NCBI GenBank assembly: GCA_944392255.1
Contig: CALXVY010000001.1
Location: 47,367-111,366 of the forward strand
Origin: an uncultured Alphaproteobacteria bacterium
GTDB taxonomy: Bacteria; Pseudomonadota; Alphaproteobacteria; RF32; CAG-239
Length of the DNA: 64,000 bases
Direction: 5' to 3'
A program made the position numbers and the translations under genes. The notes beneath the pieces are model-generated. The model did not search any database, was not told where the DNA came from, and worked only from the letters and a program-made list of their open reading frames with translations. This document shows positions 49,428-61,136 of the stretch, one piece after another; position 1 is the stretch's first letter, and each line of letters starts with the position of its first letter.

Positions 49428-52184
49428 ATGACTAAAACGGTTTGTTTGGTTGATGGCTCGGGCTATATTTTCAGAGCTTTTTATGGTATCCCTAATTTAA
49501 CCTCGCCGGATGGTACGCCGGTCAATGCTGTTTATGGTTTTACCAATATGTTTTTGCGTTTAACCCAGAATATTCCATGTGATTATTCTTTGGTTTTGTT
49601 TGATGCCAAAAGACAAAATTTCCGCAACGAGTTTTTTCCTGAATATAAAGGCACCAGAAAAGAAATTCCCGAAGAGCTGATTCCCCAATTTCCTATTATT
49701 AGAGAAGCCGTCAAGGCTTTGAACTTGAACCAACTCGAGATGGAAGGTTATGAGGCCGATGACCTGATAGCTACTTATGCCGAACAGGCTTTAAGCAAAG
49801 GTTATGAGGTGGTCGTGGTTTCTGCTGATAAAGATTTAATGCAGTTGATTCGCCCAGGCGTTCGCTTCTATGACCCGATGAAAGATAAGTTCTTTTCTCC
49901 TGAAGATGTGAAGGAAAAATTCGGTGTTTATCCGGATAGAGTGGTCGATGTTCAGGCTTTGGCCGGAGATAGCATTGATAATGTTCCCGGCGTCCCGGGA
50001 ATTGGCTTAAAAACGGCGGCACAACTCGTTAATGAATTTGGCTCTTTGCAAGAGGTGTTAGACCGCGCCGGAGAGATTAAGCAAAATAAAAGACGAGAGA
50101 CTTTGCTTGAAAATAGAGAAAATGCACTCATTTCTTTGCAACTCGTCACTTTGAAAAAAGATGTTCCGGTCGAAAAAGACATTGAGTCTTATGCTTGCCA
50201 TAAACCGGTGTTTGAAGATATTGAAAAGTTTGTCGATTTATATGGTTTTTTGAGCTTAAAACCACGCTTGCAACGCTGGGCAGAGGTTAGATACAACAGT
50301 CTGCCGGATGAGGAAAATCAAGACCTGAACACCGTATTTAAAGAGGTGGAGAAGCACTATGAGCTGGTGCAAGATGAGCAAAGCTTAATGCGCTGGGTGG
50401 ATTTGATAAAAAACAAGGGCGCCTTTGCTTTTGATACCGAAACCACCGGCATTGACCCCACTTTTGATAAAATTGTCGGCTTTTCCATGGCGGTGGAAGA
50501 GGGCGTGGCTTGCTATGTGCCTTTGAAACATAAATCTCAAAATCGTGATTTGTTTGCTTTGGAAAGTGATGAAATCAAACAGCTTGATTTTGCAACCATT
50601 GCCAAACATTTAGCCCCGATTATGACCGATAAGAGCATTTTGAAAATCGGACATAATATCAAGTTTGATATGCACTTCTTTGCCCAAGTGATTGGCGAAG
50701 ACAAAGAGATTTTTCCGATTGAAGATACGGCTGTTTTGTCTTATGACTTGGACAGCTCCGAGCATGGACACGGCATGGATGAGCTGGCAGAAAAGTTTTT
50801 GTCTTATAAGACCATTCATTATGAAGATGTTTGCGGCACCGGCAAAGATAAAATCACCTTTGACTATGTGCCTTTGGACAAGGCTTTGGACTATGCCGCC
50901 GAAGATGCCGACATCACCTTGCGCTTGTATAATGTTTTGAAGCCAAGGTTGATAAAAGAGAAAAAAATTGCCGTTTATGAAAACTATGACCGCCCGCTGA
51001 TTGCCATTTTGCAAAAAATGGAAAAACAAGGCGTGATGGTTGATAAACAAAAACTCATGAACTTAAGCCAAGAGTTTGATAAAAAATTGAAAGAATACGA
51101 GCAAGAAATTTATAAACTTGCCGGAGAAGAGTTTAACATTGGCTCGCCCAAACAAATTGGCGAAATTTTGTTCGGTAAACTTGGGGCTAAAGGTAAGAAA
51201 ACCGCCACCGGCGCATGGCAAACCGGAGCCGATGTTTTGGAAAATCTGGCAGCCGAGGGCAATTTGCTTGCCGCCAAAATTTTAGATTGGCGCGGTTTCA
51301 GCAAACTCAAGTCCACTTATACCGATGCTTTGCTCAATTTGCTCGATAAAGACAGCCGCTTGCATACAACTTTTAACCAAACCGTGGTGAATACCGGTCG
51401 TTTGGCATCTTCTAACCCCAATCTGCAAAATATCCCGATTAGAAGTGAAGAAGGCAAAAAAATCCGAGAATGCTTTATCGCCAAAGAAGGACATAAGATA
51501 ATCGCTTCCGACTATTCGCAAGTTGAGTTGCGCTTGCTCGCTTCTGTGGCTGATGTTAAGGGCTTAAAGCACGCTTTTGAACAAGGCATAGACATTCACG
51601 CCGCTACTGCAGCAAAAGTGTTTGGCGTGCCTTATGAAGAAGTAGATGCCAATATGCGCCGCCATGCCAAGGCGATTAATTTTGGCATTGTTTACGGCAT
51701 TTCGCAATATGGCTTGGCCAAACAAATTGATGTCAGCAATGAAGAGGCCAAAAAATATATTGATGCTTATTTTGCTCAAATGCCCGAGATTAAAAAATAT
51801 ATGGAACAAACCACGATGTTTGCCCATCAATACGGCTATGTGCTGACGCCTTTCGGGCGCAAATGCTCAATTATGGGCATTAATGATAAAAACAAACGCA
51901 TTGTTGCCAATGCTGAAAGAGCCGCCATCAATGCACCGATTCAAGGTGGTGCGGCAGATATCATCAAACGTGCGATGATTGCCGTGCAAAGAGAGCTGGA
52001 AGAGGGAGGATATAAAACCAAAATGCTTCTGCAAGTGCATGATGAGTTGGTTTTTGAAGCCCCGATTGATGAAGTGGAAAAAGCCGCCGCGATGATAAAA
52101 AAGACCATGGAAAGCGTGGTTGATTTAGCCGTACCTTTTGTTGCCGAAGTTGGTATCGGTGATGATTGGACCCAAGCCCATTAA
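49428..52184 (+). CDS. polA: DNA polymerase I
   Basis: LVDGSGYIFRAFY, EADD, DTET, DYSQVELR, AKAINFGIVYG, QVHDEL. Confidence 0.99.
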   Translation: MTKTVCLVDGSGYIFRAFYGIPNLTSPDGTPVNAVYGFTNMFLRLTQNIPCDYSLVLFDAKRQNFRNEFFPEYKGTRKEIPEELIPQFPIIREAVKALNLNQLEMEGYEADDLIATYAEQALSKGYEVVVVSADKDLMQLIRPGVRFYDPMKDKFFSPEDVKEKFGVYPDRVVDVQALAGDSIDNVPGVPGIGLKTAAQLVNEFGSLQEVLDRAGEIKQNKRRETLLENRENALISLQLVTLKKDVPVEKDIESYACHKPVFEDIEKFVDLYGFLSLKPRLQRWAEVRYNSLPDEENQDLNTVFKEVEKHYELVQDEQSLMRWVDLIKNKGAFAFDTETTGIDPTFDKIVGFSMAVEEGVACYVPLKHKSQNRDLFALESDEIKQLDFATIAKHLAPIMTDKSILKIGHNIKFDMHFFAQVIGEDKEIFPIEDTAVLSYDLDSSEHGHGMDELAEKFLSYKTIHYEDVCGTGKDKITFDYVPLDKALDYAAEDADITLRLYNVLKPRLIKEKKIAVYENYDRPLIAILQKMEKQGVMVDKQKLMNLSQEFDKKLKEYEQEIYKLAGEEFNIGSPKQIGEILFGKLGAKGKKTATGAWQTGADVLENLAAEGNLLAAKILDWRGFSKLKSTYTDALLNLLDKDSRLHTTFNQTVVNTGRLASSNPNLQNIPIRSEEGKKIRECFIAKEGHKIIASDYSQVELRLLASVADVKGLKHAFEQGIDIHAATAAKVFGVPYEEVDANMRRHAKAINFGIVYGISQYGLAKQIDVSNEEAKKYIDAYFAQMPEIKKYMEQTTMFAHQYGYVLTPFGRKCSIMGINDKNKRIVANAERAAINAPIQGGAADIIKRAMIAVQRELEEGGYKTKMLLQVHDELVFEAPIDEVEKAAAMIKKTMESVVDLAVPFVAEVGIGDDWTQAH

Positions 52185-52188
52185 AAAT

Positions 52189-52220
52189 AAAAAACGCAGA
52201 AACAAAATTCTGCGTTTTTT
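52189..52220. terminator. Bidirectional terminator after polA
   Basis: aaaaaacgcagaa-acaaaa-ttctgcgtttttt. Confidence 0.75.
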
Positions 52221-52235
52221 TGTTAGTCTATTAAA

Positions 52236-54752
52236 CTAGGCCGAGTGTCCACCATCGCGAACTTGCGCATTTTGCGGCATCGGCGGTAATTTTGAAAAAT
52301 CAACGGAATGATATTTTTGTGCTTCTTGTTTCATCATTTGAATGATGTTTGGATGTGTATTTTCAATAAATGAAACATATTCTTGAGCTGCTTTATCCCA
52401 GTTTGCTCTTTCGGGTGTTCCTATTTCAGGAATTTTATCACCAAAGAAGTCTTTTTCAAACTTGTCGGTGTCTTTACCGCAATAAAAGTCACCCAACTCT
52501 TTTTCATAAAGCTTATGAGAACAATAAGCCTCAAGATTATGGAAAACATAAGATTTATGAAAATCTCCGTCCGCGAAATACAATATATCATAACTACAGT
52601 CAGAAAATTTATCTTCTGCCGGAATAATTCTGTTTTTTTGTCCTAAGTTAAAAAGCTTATAAGCTCCTTCATCTATATTCATTTCGCTGTTTTTAGTCCA
52701 GGTTGCGGGGCAAATACCAAAAACAGAACTTCGGGGGTATTGAGTGCTAAATATATTTTGCATCCAAAAACGTCCACTGACTTTGGGATTAAAATAATGT
52801 TCACTCAGATTTTGGTCAACATAACTTGGCGATGGTTCAATATCCTTGCCAAAACGTGCGTTAATTTCTTTAGACAAGTGCAAGGTATCAGCATAATTAC
52901 CCACATAAATCGTCATGCCTTTACCATTTTCACCGCCTTTTGCAATCTTATGTTCAATATCAAGCTTTTCAAGCATTTCAGAAATTGCTTTAGTGGTTGG
53001 ATGATTACGGTTTGGCACCACATCCAGATGGAGTTTCCAATCAGCATCAGACGTTCTGGCTTTAGATGAATAGTAATAGTTTTCAATTTTTAAGCCACTT
53101 TTTTGTTTATGTTCTTCAGAGCGAGGTTCTGGAGAATTATATTTTGCTTTTGCCTTTTTTAACTCTATTTGTTTCATAGTATAAGCGCGAATATAGTCCA
53201 ACTCGGCTTTTTCCATTTTAGAAATTTTGCCGAGCTTTTCTTTGGCTTCCAAACTTCTGCGACGTGTTTCACGGCTTCTTTCATAATCATTTTGCGGTGT
53301 GAAAGTCGGTGTTTGTTCCGGTGCCGGTGTCGGTTGTTGCGGCTGAGGTTCCGGCTGCGGCTTTGTTTCCGCTGTTGGCTGCGTTTTTGGTTCTGCTGTC
53401 GGTTCCGGAGCCGGAGTAGATTCTTGCTGGTTTTGTTGCGGTTTGCTTTGTTCTTGTGTTTGCAGTTTGTTTTTCATAATTTGCAAAGCACCTTTGAGCT
53501 TTTCATCTTGAATAGTTTGCACAAATTCATCATTAAGCTCTGGTGCGCCAATCATTTTCATCGCAGGTTTTGCTTCCATGCAAGCAAGCATCAAGCGAGC
53601 TTTGAAGTCAGGAGATTTAATATCACCAAATTCAATGGCTGAGCCTTGTTTTTGAGCCAGAGCCACAATATCGCGAAAACGCTGCATATTTGGCATTTTC
53701 GGCTTTCCGTCTTTATCTTTGGCAGAAAGAGTAATGTTGTTGGCGCTTTTTGCTACAATTGTATCAATACTGCCGTTTTTATGCTTAATTTCTGCATGAT
53801 ATTCAGTAGCTTTAATATCTTCCTTATATTCAGCTTTTTGTTTTGCGGCAGAAGGTTGAAAAATCTCCCGCAAAGCTTTTTTAAAACTTGGGTCAACAAC
53901 AGCATTTTGTGTGTTTTCTGCCTTATTAGGTTTATCTTGCCCTTGGTGAATGTGTAGATTTTGTTTTTCATTTGTTTTGGTAAAATGCAATGAGTTTTGC
54001 ATATAATCGCGCATTGAGGTCATACAATCAGCGCAGAAGGGGTCTTTAAGTTTTTTACGACGGTTGAAACTTTCATCTGTATAAGCATATTCATACATCA
54101 GGCAGTTTTTATCGGTGCAGTGCCAACCGAGGTTATCGACGGCGTTTTGACGTTTTTCGTGTGTCGCATTAAAGGTATGCCCAAGCTCGTGAATGATGAT
54201 ATCTTTGAAATATGTTTTCAAATCTTCGCCGGTATAGCCGAGTGCGGCGCAAGTTCCGGCAGAAATATTAACACTCGTTTCGCTGGAAATTCCGCGGATG
54301 TTGCCGTGAGCTTTTTGTTTGGTAATGTTAACCAAAATTGGAGAGGTAGAAGAGTACATGTTTCCGGCGCTGTCAGCCTGTAAATGGCTGAGTTTTTGAA
54401 TATCAATCATGCCGTTATGGGTAGCTAAAGCAATTTGTTTTTTTAATGAAGCTTTGTACGAGCCATCGGGAAGCTTTTCAAACATCTGCCAAAAGCTTTT
54501 TTCATCAAAATCTTCCGTGCTTTGCCCTGTTCTTTTCATGTTCTCATAGTATTGTTTGTTTTGCTTGGCAAGAATTTGCAAAATATCTAAACTATCGCAA
54601 GTAAGGTTTCCTTCCTTTGTGGCAAAATTGTCTTTATACTCGGGAAAAAGGTTGATGAAGTCTTGCACGGCTTCTTTAGCCCAGTCGATATATTTTTGCT
54701 CTAATCCGTCTTCAAAATTAAAATAGAAAGCTTTCATTGCCTTTTCCGCCAA
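52236..54752 (-). CDS. Large multidomain protein: zincin metalloprotease motif, Pro/Gln linker, lyase-like C-terminal domain
   Basis: HELGHTFNATH...CTDKNCLM...CADC; PAPEPTAEPKTQP linker; DWKLHLDV...GKGMTIYV. Start may be the ATG at 54737. Confidence 0.75.
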   Translation of the reverse strand: MAEKAMKAFYFNFEDGLEQKYIDWAKEAVQDFINLFPEYKDNFATKEGNLTCDSLDILQILAKQNKQYYENMKRTGQSTEDFDEKSFWQMFEKLPDGSYKASLKKQIALATHNGMIDIQKLSHLQADSAGNMYSSTSPILVNITKQKAHGNIRGISSETSVNISAGTCAALGYTGEDLKTYFKDIIIHELGHTFNATHEKRQNAVDNLGWHCTDKNCLMYEYAYTDESFNRRKKLKDPFCADCMTSMRDYMQNSLHFTKTNEKQNLHIHQGQDKPNKAENTQNAVVDPSFKKALREIFQPSAAKQKAEYKEDIKATEYHAEIKHKNGSIDTIVAKSANNITLSAKDKDGKPKMPNMQRFRDIVALAQKQGSAIEFGDIKSPDFKARLMLACMEAKPAMKMIGAPELNDEFVQTIQDEKLKGALQIMKNKLQTQEQSKPQQNQQESTPAPEPTAEPKTQPTAETKPQPEPQPQQPTPAPEQTPTFTPQNDYERSRETRRRSLEAKEKLGKISKMEKAELDYIRAYTMKQIELKKAKAKYNSPEPRSEEHKQKSGLKIENYYYSSKARTSDADWKLHLDVVPNRNHPTTKAISEMLEKLDIEHKIAKGGENGKGMTIYVGNYADTLHLSKEINARFGKDIEPSPSYVDQNLSEHYFNPKVSGRFWMQNIFSTQYPRSSVFGICPATWTKNSEMNIDEGAYKLFNLGQKNRIIPAEDKFSDCSYDILYFADGDFHKSYVFHNLEAYCSHKLYEKELGDFYCGKDTDKFEKDFFGDKIPEIGTPERANWDKAAQEYVSFIENTHPNIIQMMKQEAQKYHSVDFSKLPPMPQNAQVRDGGHSA

Positions 54753-54901
54753 AATTAAACATTAAAAGCATCATACCACAGAATAGATTCGCTGTCTAGA
54801 ATAAATTTTGTCTAAAATAAGCACAAAAACATAAAATATAAGCTTTTTTGCGTTGATATCTTTGCTTTTTTGTTTGGTGAATTCAATATTTGGGTATATA
54901 G

Positions 54902-57394
<2,493 letters not shown>

Positions 57395-57410
57395 TCTGTC
57401 GAAAAAAAAC

Positions 57411-57447
57411 AAACCCCCGCAAGTTTGAAAAAACTTCGGGGGTTTTT
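57411..57447. terminator. Terminator after gyrB
   Basis: aaacccccg...aagttt-gaaa-aaactt-cgggggttttt. Confidence 0.7.
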
Positions 57448-57451
57448 AGTG

Positions 57452-58006
57452 TTATTGAATGCTTGCGTAAAAATAAATATTACCATAGTTTCCTAAAAAA
57501 TGAGCAATATTTGTTTCTCCATCTAAACCTACATCTCCTGAATGGGTATACCAATATTGCCCACAATGCCCACCATCGTTTTTTAAAAGCAGATATTTAT
57601 CTTGATTAAAGCAAGAGGGATATCCAAAAACAGCAAGCTTATCAGAAAGACACAGCAAATCATGATAATTAGCTACAAAAACGTTCAAGGCATATTCATT
57701 CCATGGCTTAGCATTTACGTGAATGTTCTTGCCAAAATTGAAAACCACTTCCGTTGTCACCGGCATAGGTAGGTCTTTCAAGTTGTCAAAAGTCAAAGGC
57801 TGAACATAAAAAATGGTTTTATCGACCACAATTCCGACTAACTCTCCCATATTAGGCGTAATTTTTTTAGAAAAGAATTCTTTACCATCTTTTCTGAAAA
57901 TCAAATCAAAAGGAGAATCTCCGGAGATTTTTTCCAAATATTCTTTGACTTGAGCTACCGTTGGTTGACAAGCATTAAAAACACGAAAAATTTCTTCTTT
58001 TTCCAT
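57452..58006 (-). CDS. Orphan hypothetical protein
   Basis: 184-aa ORF with TTGACA-17-TAATCT promoter and AT-only leader. Confidence 0.65.
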   Translation of the reverse strand: MEKEEIFRVFNACQPTVAQVKEYLEKISGDSPFDLIFRKDGKEFFSKKITPNMGELVGIVVDKTIFYVQPLTFDNLKDLPMPVTTEVVFNFGKNIHVNAKPWNEYALNVFVANYHDLLCLSDKLAVFGYPSCFNQDKYLLLKNDGGHCGQYWYTHSGDVGLDGETNIAHFLGNYGNIYFYASIQ

Positions 58007-58108
58007 AAAATAATTTTTTATAAAAATTAAACATATATTTAGCTGATTAGGGCATAAGATTAAGTAGATAATATAAATTTGTCAATCAAATTTGCCGGAG
58101 GGAGAAAG

Positions 58109-58606
58109 ATGAAATTTGCCATTATTTATTATAGTTTAAGCGGCCACACCAAAGAGATGGGAGAGGTTATTGCCGAAGGGATAAGAAAACAAGGCGGTGA
58201 GGCCCGTCTTTTTTCCATTACCGAAGAAATGGACGCCGAATATATTAATGCTTGCGATGGCGTTATCTTTGGCACACCGACTTATCTGGCAAGTACATGT
58301 TGGCAAATCAAAAAATGGTTGGAAGAGGACAGCCGCCATCTGAAATTGGCAGGTAAGTTAGCCGGTGTTTATGCCACCGCGCACTATGCCCAAGGCGGTG
58401 GAGATATTGCCATTATGACCATTATCGGACATCTGTTGGTCAAAGGTATGTTAGTTTATTCCGGCGGCGGAGCTTGGGGACAACCCTATATTCACTTAGG
58501 ACCTGTGGCTTTGGATGCGGTTGAAGGACATTATGAAAAAAGCAAAGAGATGTTTGAAATCTTTGGTGAGAGAATGGCGCAAAAAGCTAAAGATTTATTT
58601 GCTTAA
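58109..58606 (+). CDS. Flavodoxin/WrbA-like FMN-binding protein
   Basis: IIYYSLSGHT, IFGTPTY, LAGKLAG; GGAGG RBS before ATG at 58109. Confidence 0.88.
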   Translation: MKFAIIYYSLSGHTKEMGEVIAEGIRKQGGEARLFSITEEMDAEYINACDGVIFGTPTYLASTCWQIKKWLEEDSRHLKLAGKLAGVYATAHYAQGGGDIAIMTIIGHLLVKGMLVYSGGGAWGQPYIHLGPVALDAVEGHYEKSKEMFEIFGERMAQKAKDLFA

Positions 58607-58677
58607 AGCCTGATTTTGGTTGACTTGTAAAAGTGCTTCGTTCTAAACTGAACAAAAAAATTTTTAAGGTAAAAACA

Positions 58678-59793
58678 ATGTCTTTAAAGTTCAAACTTGC
58701 TTTTATTTCCGCCTTGTTGTGCAGTTCTGCGGCTTTTGCCGGAGAATGGGAAACCGGCATGGAAGGAAGTGCTACCGGTTTATATGGTTATACCGAAGCA
58801 TCGGATAGATTTTCTGAGCAAAACGGCCACAATCACGGTGTGGGCGATGCCAAACTGAGCGCCTATGCCAAATATTTGTTTGGGGCAGATTGGGAAGCAG
58901 GGATTTATGCCGATTTAATGCTTGGTGTTGACCACGAGTTGGAAGACTATAACCAAGGCAAATGGGGTGAAGAAGTTTATGGCATTGTTGATAGCTCTTA
59001 TGGTCGCTTGATGATTGGTCAAACTTGGAACGTTGCCGCGCAATTTCATACCGGCGCACCGGATGCCGGACCATTGGGCATAGAAAACAGTGATATTGTT
59101 GACTTTATCTTCAATCCCAACTGGCAAAGAAAAGGCAGCAACGCCCGCTTTGCCACCTTGAACACCACTTATATCAATACTGATGGTGTGGCGCCAAAAA
59201 TAAGCTATATCACGCCGGAATATTATGGGACAATGTTAGGTTTTACCTATGTTCCGGAAACCTACAACCGCCGCGGTTTGGTGAGTAAGTCGGCAGACTA
59301 TGAAGACAAAGGCGGCTATATTGTCAGTTTGTATAACTATATAGATTTTGACATTTTTAATTTAACCACCACTTTGGGCTATGCTGATTTTGTTGATAAT
59401 GACCAAGAATATTCTGCCAGCATGAGCTTGTCACACGGCAACTGGACATTTGGTGGCGGTTGGCGTATGACCGAAGCCGATGATAAAAACCCGATTTCCG
59501 CCAAAGCAGATATGCCGGAATTCTTTGATGGATATCGTGAGGGCTATGCTTGGAATGTGGGTTTGGGCTATGAAATCGGACCTTATAAAACCTCTTTGTC
59601 ATACTTTGAATCTCATGCCAAAGAAAGCGATAATGAAGATAGAATTTTGATGTTCTCCAACCGTTATCAAGTCAATAAAAATCTGGATGTATATTTGAGC
59701 GCGGCTAAGGTAGACTTCCGAGGTCAAAACCGCGAGGTTAGTCAGAACAATAAGGGCTATGCGGTCGTGAGCGGTTTGAGTATGAATTTTTAG
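58678..59793 (+). CDS. Outer membrane porin
   Basis: Signal peptide AFA, YGRLMIG, KISYITP, amphipathic strands, C-terminal Phe. Confidence 0.85.
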   Translation: MSLKFKLAFISALLCSSAAFAGEWETGMEGSATGLYGYTEASDRFSEQNGHNHGVGDAKLSAYAKYLFGADWEAGIYADLMLGVDHELEDYNQGKWGEEVYGIVDSSYGRLMIGQTWNVAAQFHTGAPDAGPLGIENSDIVDFIFNPNWQRKGSNARFATLNTTYINTDGVAPKISYITPEYYGTMLGFTYVPETYNRRGLVSKSADYEDKGGYIVSLYNYIDFDIFNLTTTLGYADFVDNDQEYSASMSLSHGNWTFGGGWRMTEADDKNPISAKADMPEFFDGYREGYAWNVGLGYEIGPYKTSLSYFESHAKESDNEDRILMFSNRYQVNKNLDVYLSAAKVDFRGQNREVSQNNKGYAVVSGLSMNF

Positions 59794-59802
59794 GAGAAGT
59801 AA

Positions 59803-60432
59803 ATGCCTAACATTTTGCTATTATCGAACAATGAAGATTTTGCTTTAGATTTAAGCGAGCAAATCACTTTATATGCGCACGATTTTACGGTTTTGCCGCA
59901 AGATGATGAAAACAGCTTAATAGATATGATAATTTTGGATGAAAGAGCTCAAGACTTAAAAACTTTGCGTGCGCATCACCCCAATACGCCGATTATTTTG
60001 CTACAAAAAGAAGGCGATGATTCGGTAGAAAGCTCGGTTTTGAATCAAGTTGTTTTCAAACCGCTGTCTTTGGAAAGTTTGTTAAACCAAATTCAAGCCG
60101 GTATCAATTTGGTAGATAATTCCGAAGCCGGATATTTAAACTTTAATCTCTATGAGTTGCACCCATTGCAAAAAGAAATTTATAATGAACGCAACGGCGA
60201 AACCATAAAACTGACGGAAAAAGAAGTAGCAATCATCAAATTTTTATATAAAAACAAAGATAAAATTGTTTCTAAAAATGATTTGTTGCAAGAAGTTTGG
60301 GGTTATAGTCCCGATGTCAGCACCCATACAATAGAAACCCATATTTATCGCCTGCGCCAAAAGGTTGAACACGAAGATACTTCCGCGCAACTGATTGTCA
60401 CCGAAGACGGCGGATACAAGCTGGTATTATAA
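59803..60432 (+). CDS. OmpR-family response regulator with degenerate receiver
   Basis: LTEKE, LLQEVWGY, THTIETHIYRLRQK, GGY winged helix. Confidence 0.88.
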   Translation: MPNILLLSNNEDFALDLSEQITLYAHDFTVLPQDDENSLIDMIILDERAQDLKTLRAHHPNTPIILLQKEGDDSVESSVLNQVVFKPLSLESLLNQIQAGINLVDNSEAGYLNFNLYELHPLQKEIYNERNGETIKLTEKEVAIIKFLYKNKDKIVSKNDLLQEVWGYSPDVSTHTIETHIYRLRQKVEHEDTSAQLIVTEDGGYKLVL

Positions 60433-60457
60433 AAAAGGCGGAGAAAACTCCGCCTTA
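60432..60457. terminator. Hairpin terminator between regulator and lipoprotein
   Basis: aaggcggag-aaaa-ctccgcctt preceded by an A tract. Confidence 0.7.
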
Positions 60458-60460
60458 ATT

Positions 60461-60877
60461 TTATTTTTCAGGATATAAATTCAAATTAACCTCTTCATCC
60501 AAATAATACATATCGCCGGTCAAAGGGTCTATAATCAGATAACCGATTAACCCGCCGATGAGCAAGTTTCCGGCATAATACCAACCGCTTACGTGCCAAT
60601 CAATCACGGTTGTTTGGGTTTTGTAGCCGTCTTTGGAGGCAATCACAGTATATTTTTGCGGGTTGAAATAACCGCCGGCCGCAGTTTTGAGATTGATTGT
60701 GGTCGGAGTTTGTCCTTCAAAAACAGTTTGTCCGTGCCGGTCGAGGATTTTGATATCCACTTTTTCCAAATTAGCTTTGATTGGAATGGTTTGCGAGTTC
60801 TCACGCATAACCGTAGCGCAAGAAGCAAGAGTTGCGACAATGATGCCGCAGAAAAATAAATAAAACAGTTTTTTCAT
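60461..60877 (-). CDS. Small lipoprotein (PEGA-like domain, C-terminal Gly-rich hydrophobic helix)
   Basis: MKKLFYLFFCGIIVATLASC lipobox; GQTP, SKDGY, GNLLIGGLIG..IDPLTG; AAGGA RBS. The ORF-track start at 61003 lies inside the RNA leader. Confidence 0.82.
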   Translation of the reverse strand: MKKLFYLFFCGIIVATLASCATVMRENSQTIPIKANLEKVDIKILDRHGQTVFEGQTPTTINLKTAAGGYFNPQKYTVIASKDGYKTQTTVIDWHVSGWYYAGNLLIGGLIGYLIIDPLTGDMYYLDEEVNLNLYPEK

Positions 60878-60901
60878 CAGAACATCCTTTGTTGACAAGA
60901 T

Positions 60902-61093
60902 AAAACAAAACCCACCGAAAAAAGGTGGGCGGATGTTCAGAAACCGTTGAATGTTACGGCTCGGCCTATTCGGCATAGCCTTATTTAGCCGACATCCGTC
61001 CATAACGAAGTCGGCATAAATATTTGAAGTCGCTATGCTAAACGACTACATTCACAAGGGTTTCTGAAGCCCTAACGCTCATCTCTAAGCGTC
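60902..61093 (-). ncRNA. C4-antisense-like structured leader with a1b1-type target and overlapping terminator (copy C)
   Basis: Minus strand: acgctta-GAGA-tgagcgt (61075-61092); a hairpin agggcttcagaaaccct; b box tgaatgt; stem tggacggatgt (60992-61002)/acatccgccca (60926-60936) enclosing acattca and ggtttctgaa; terminator cccacc-N7-ggtggg-ttttgtttt; TATAAT at 61102-61107. Confidence 0.75.
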
Positions 61094-61136
61094 AACAAAA
61101 GATTATAAGTTCTGATGAATTTTGTAAAGATAAAAA

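Noticed and set aside
60878-61003. 42-codon in-frame N-terminal extension of the lipoprotein as a leader peptide
   Set aside because: It runs through the RNA structure, would bury the lipoprotein signal, and equivalent frames in leaders A and B stop within a few codons.
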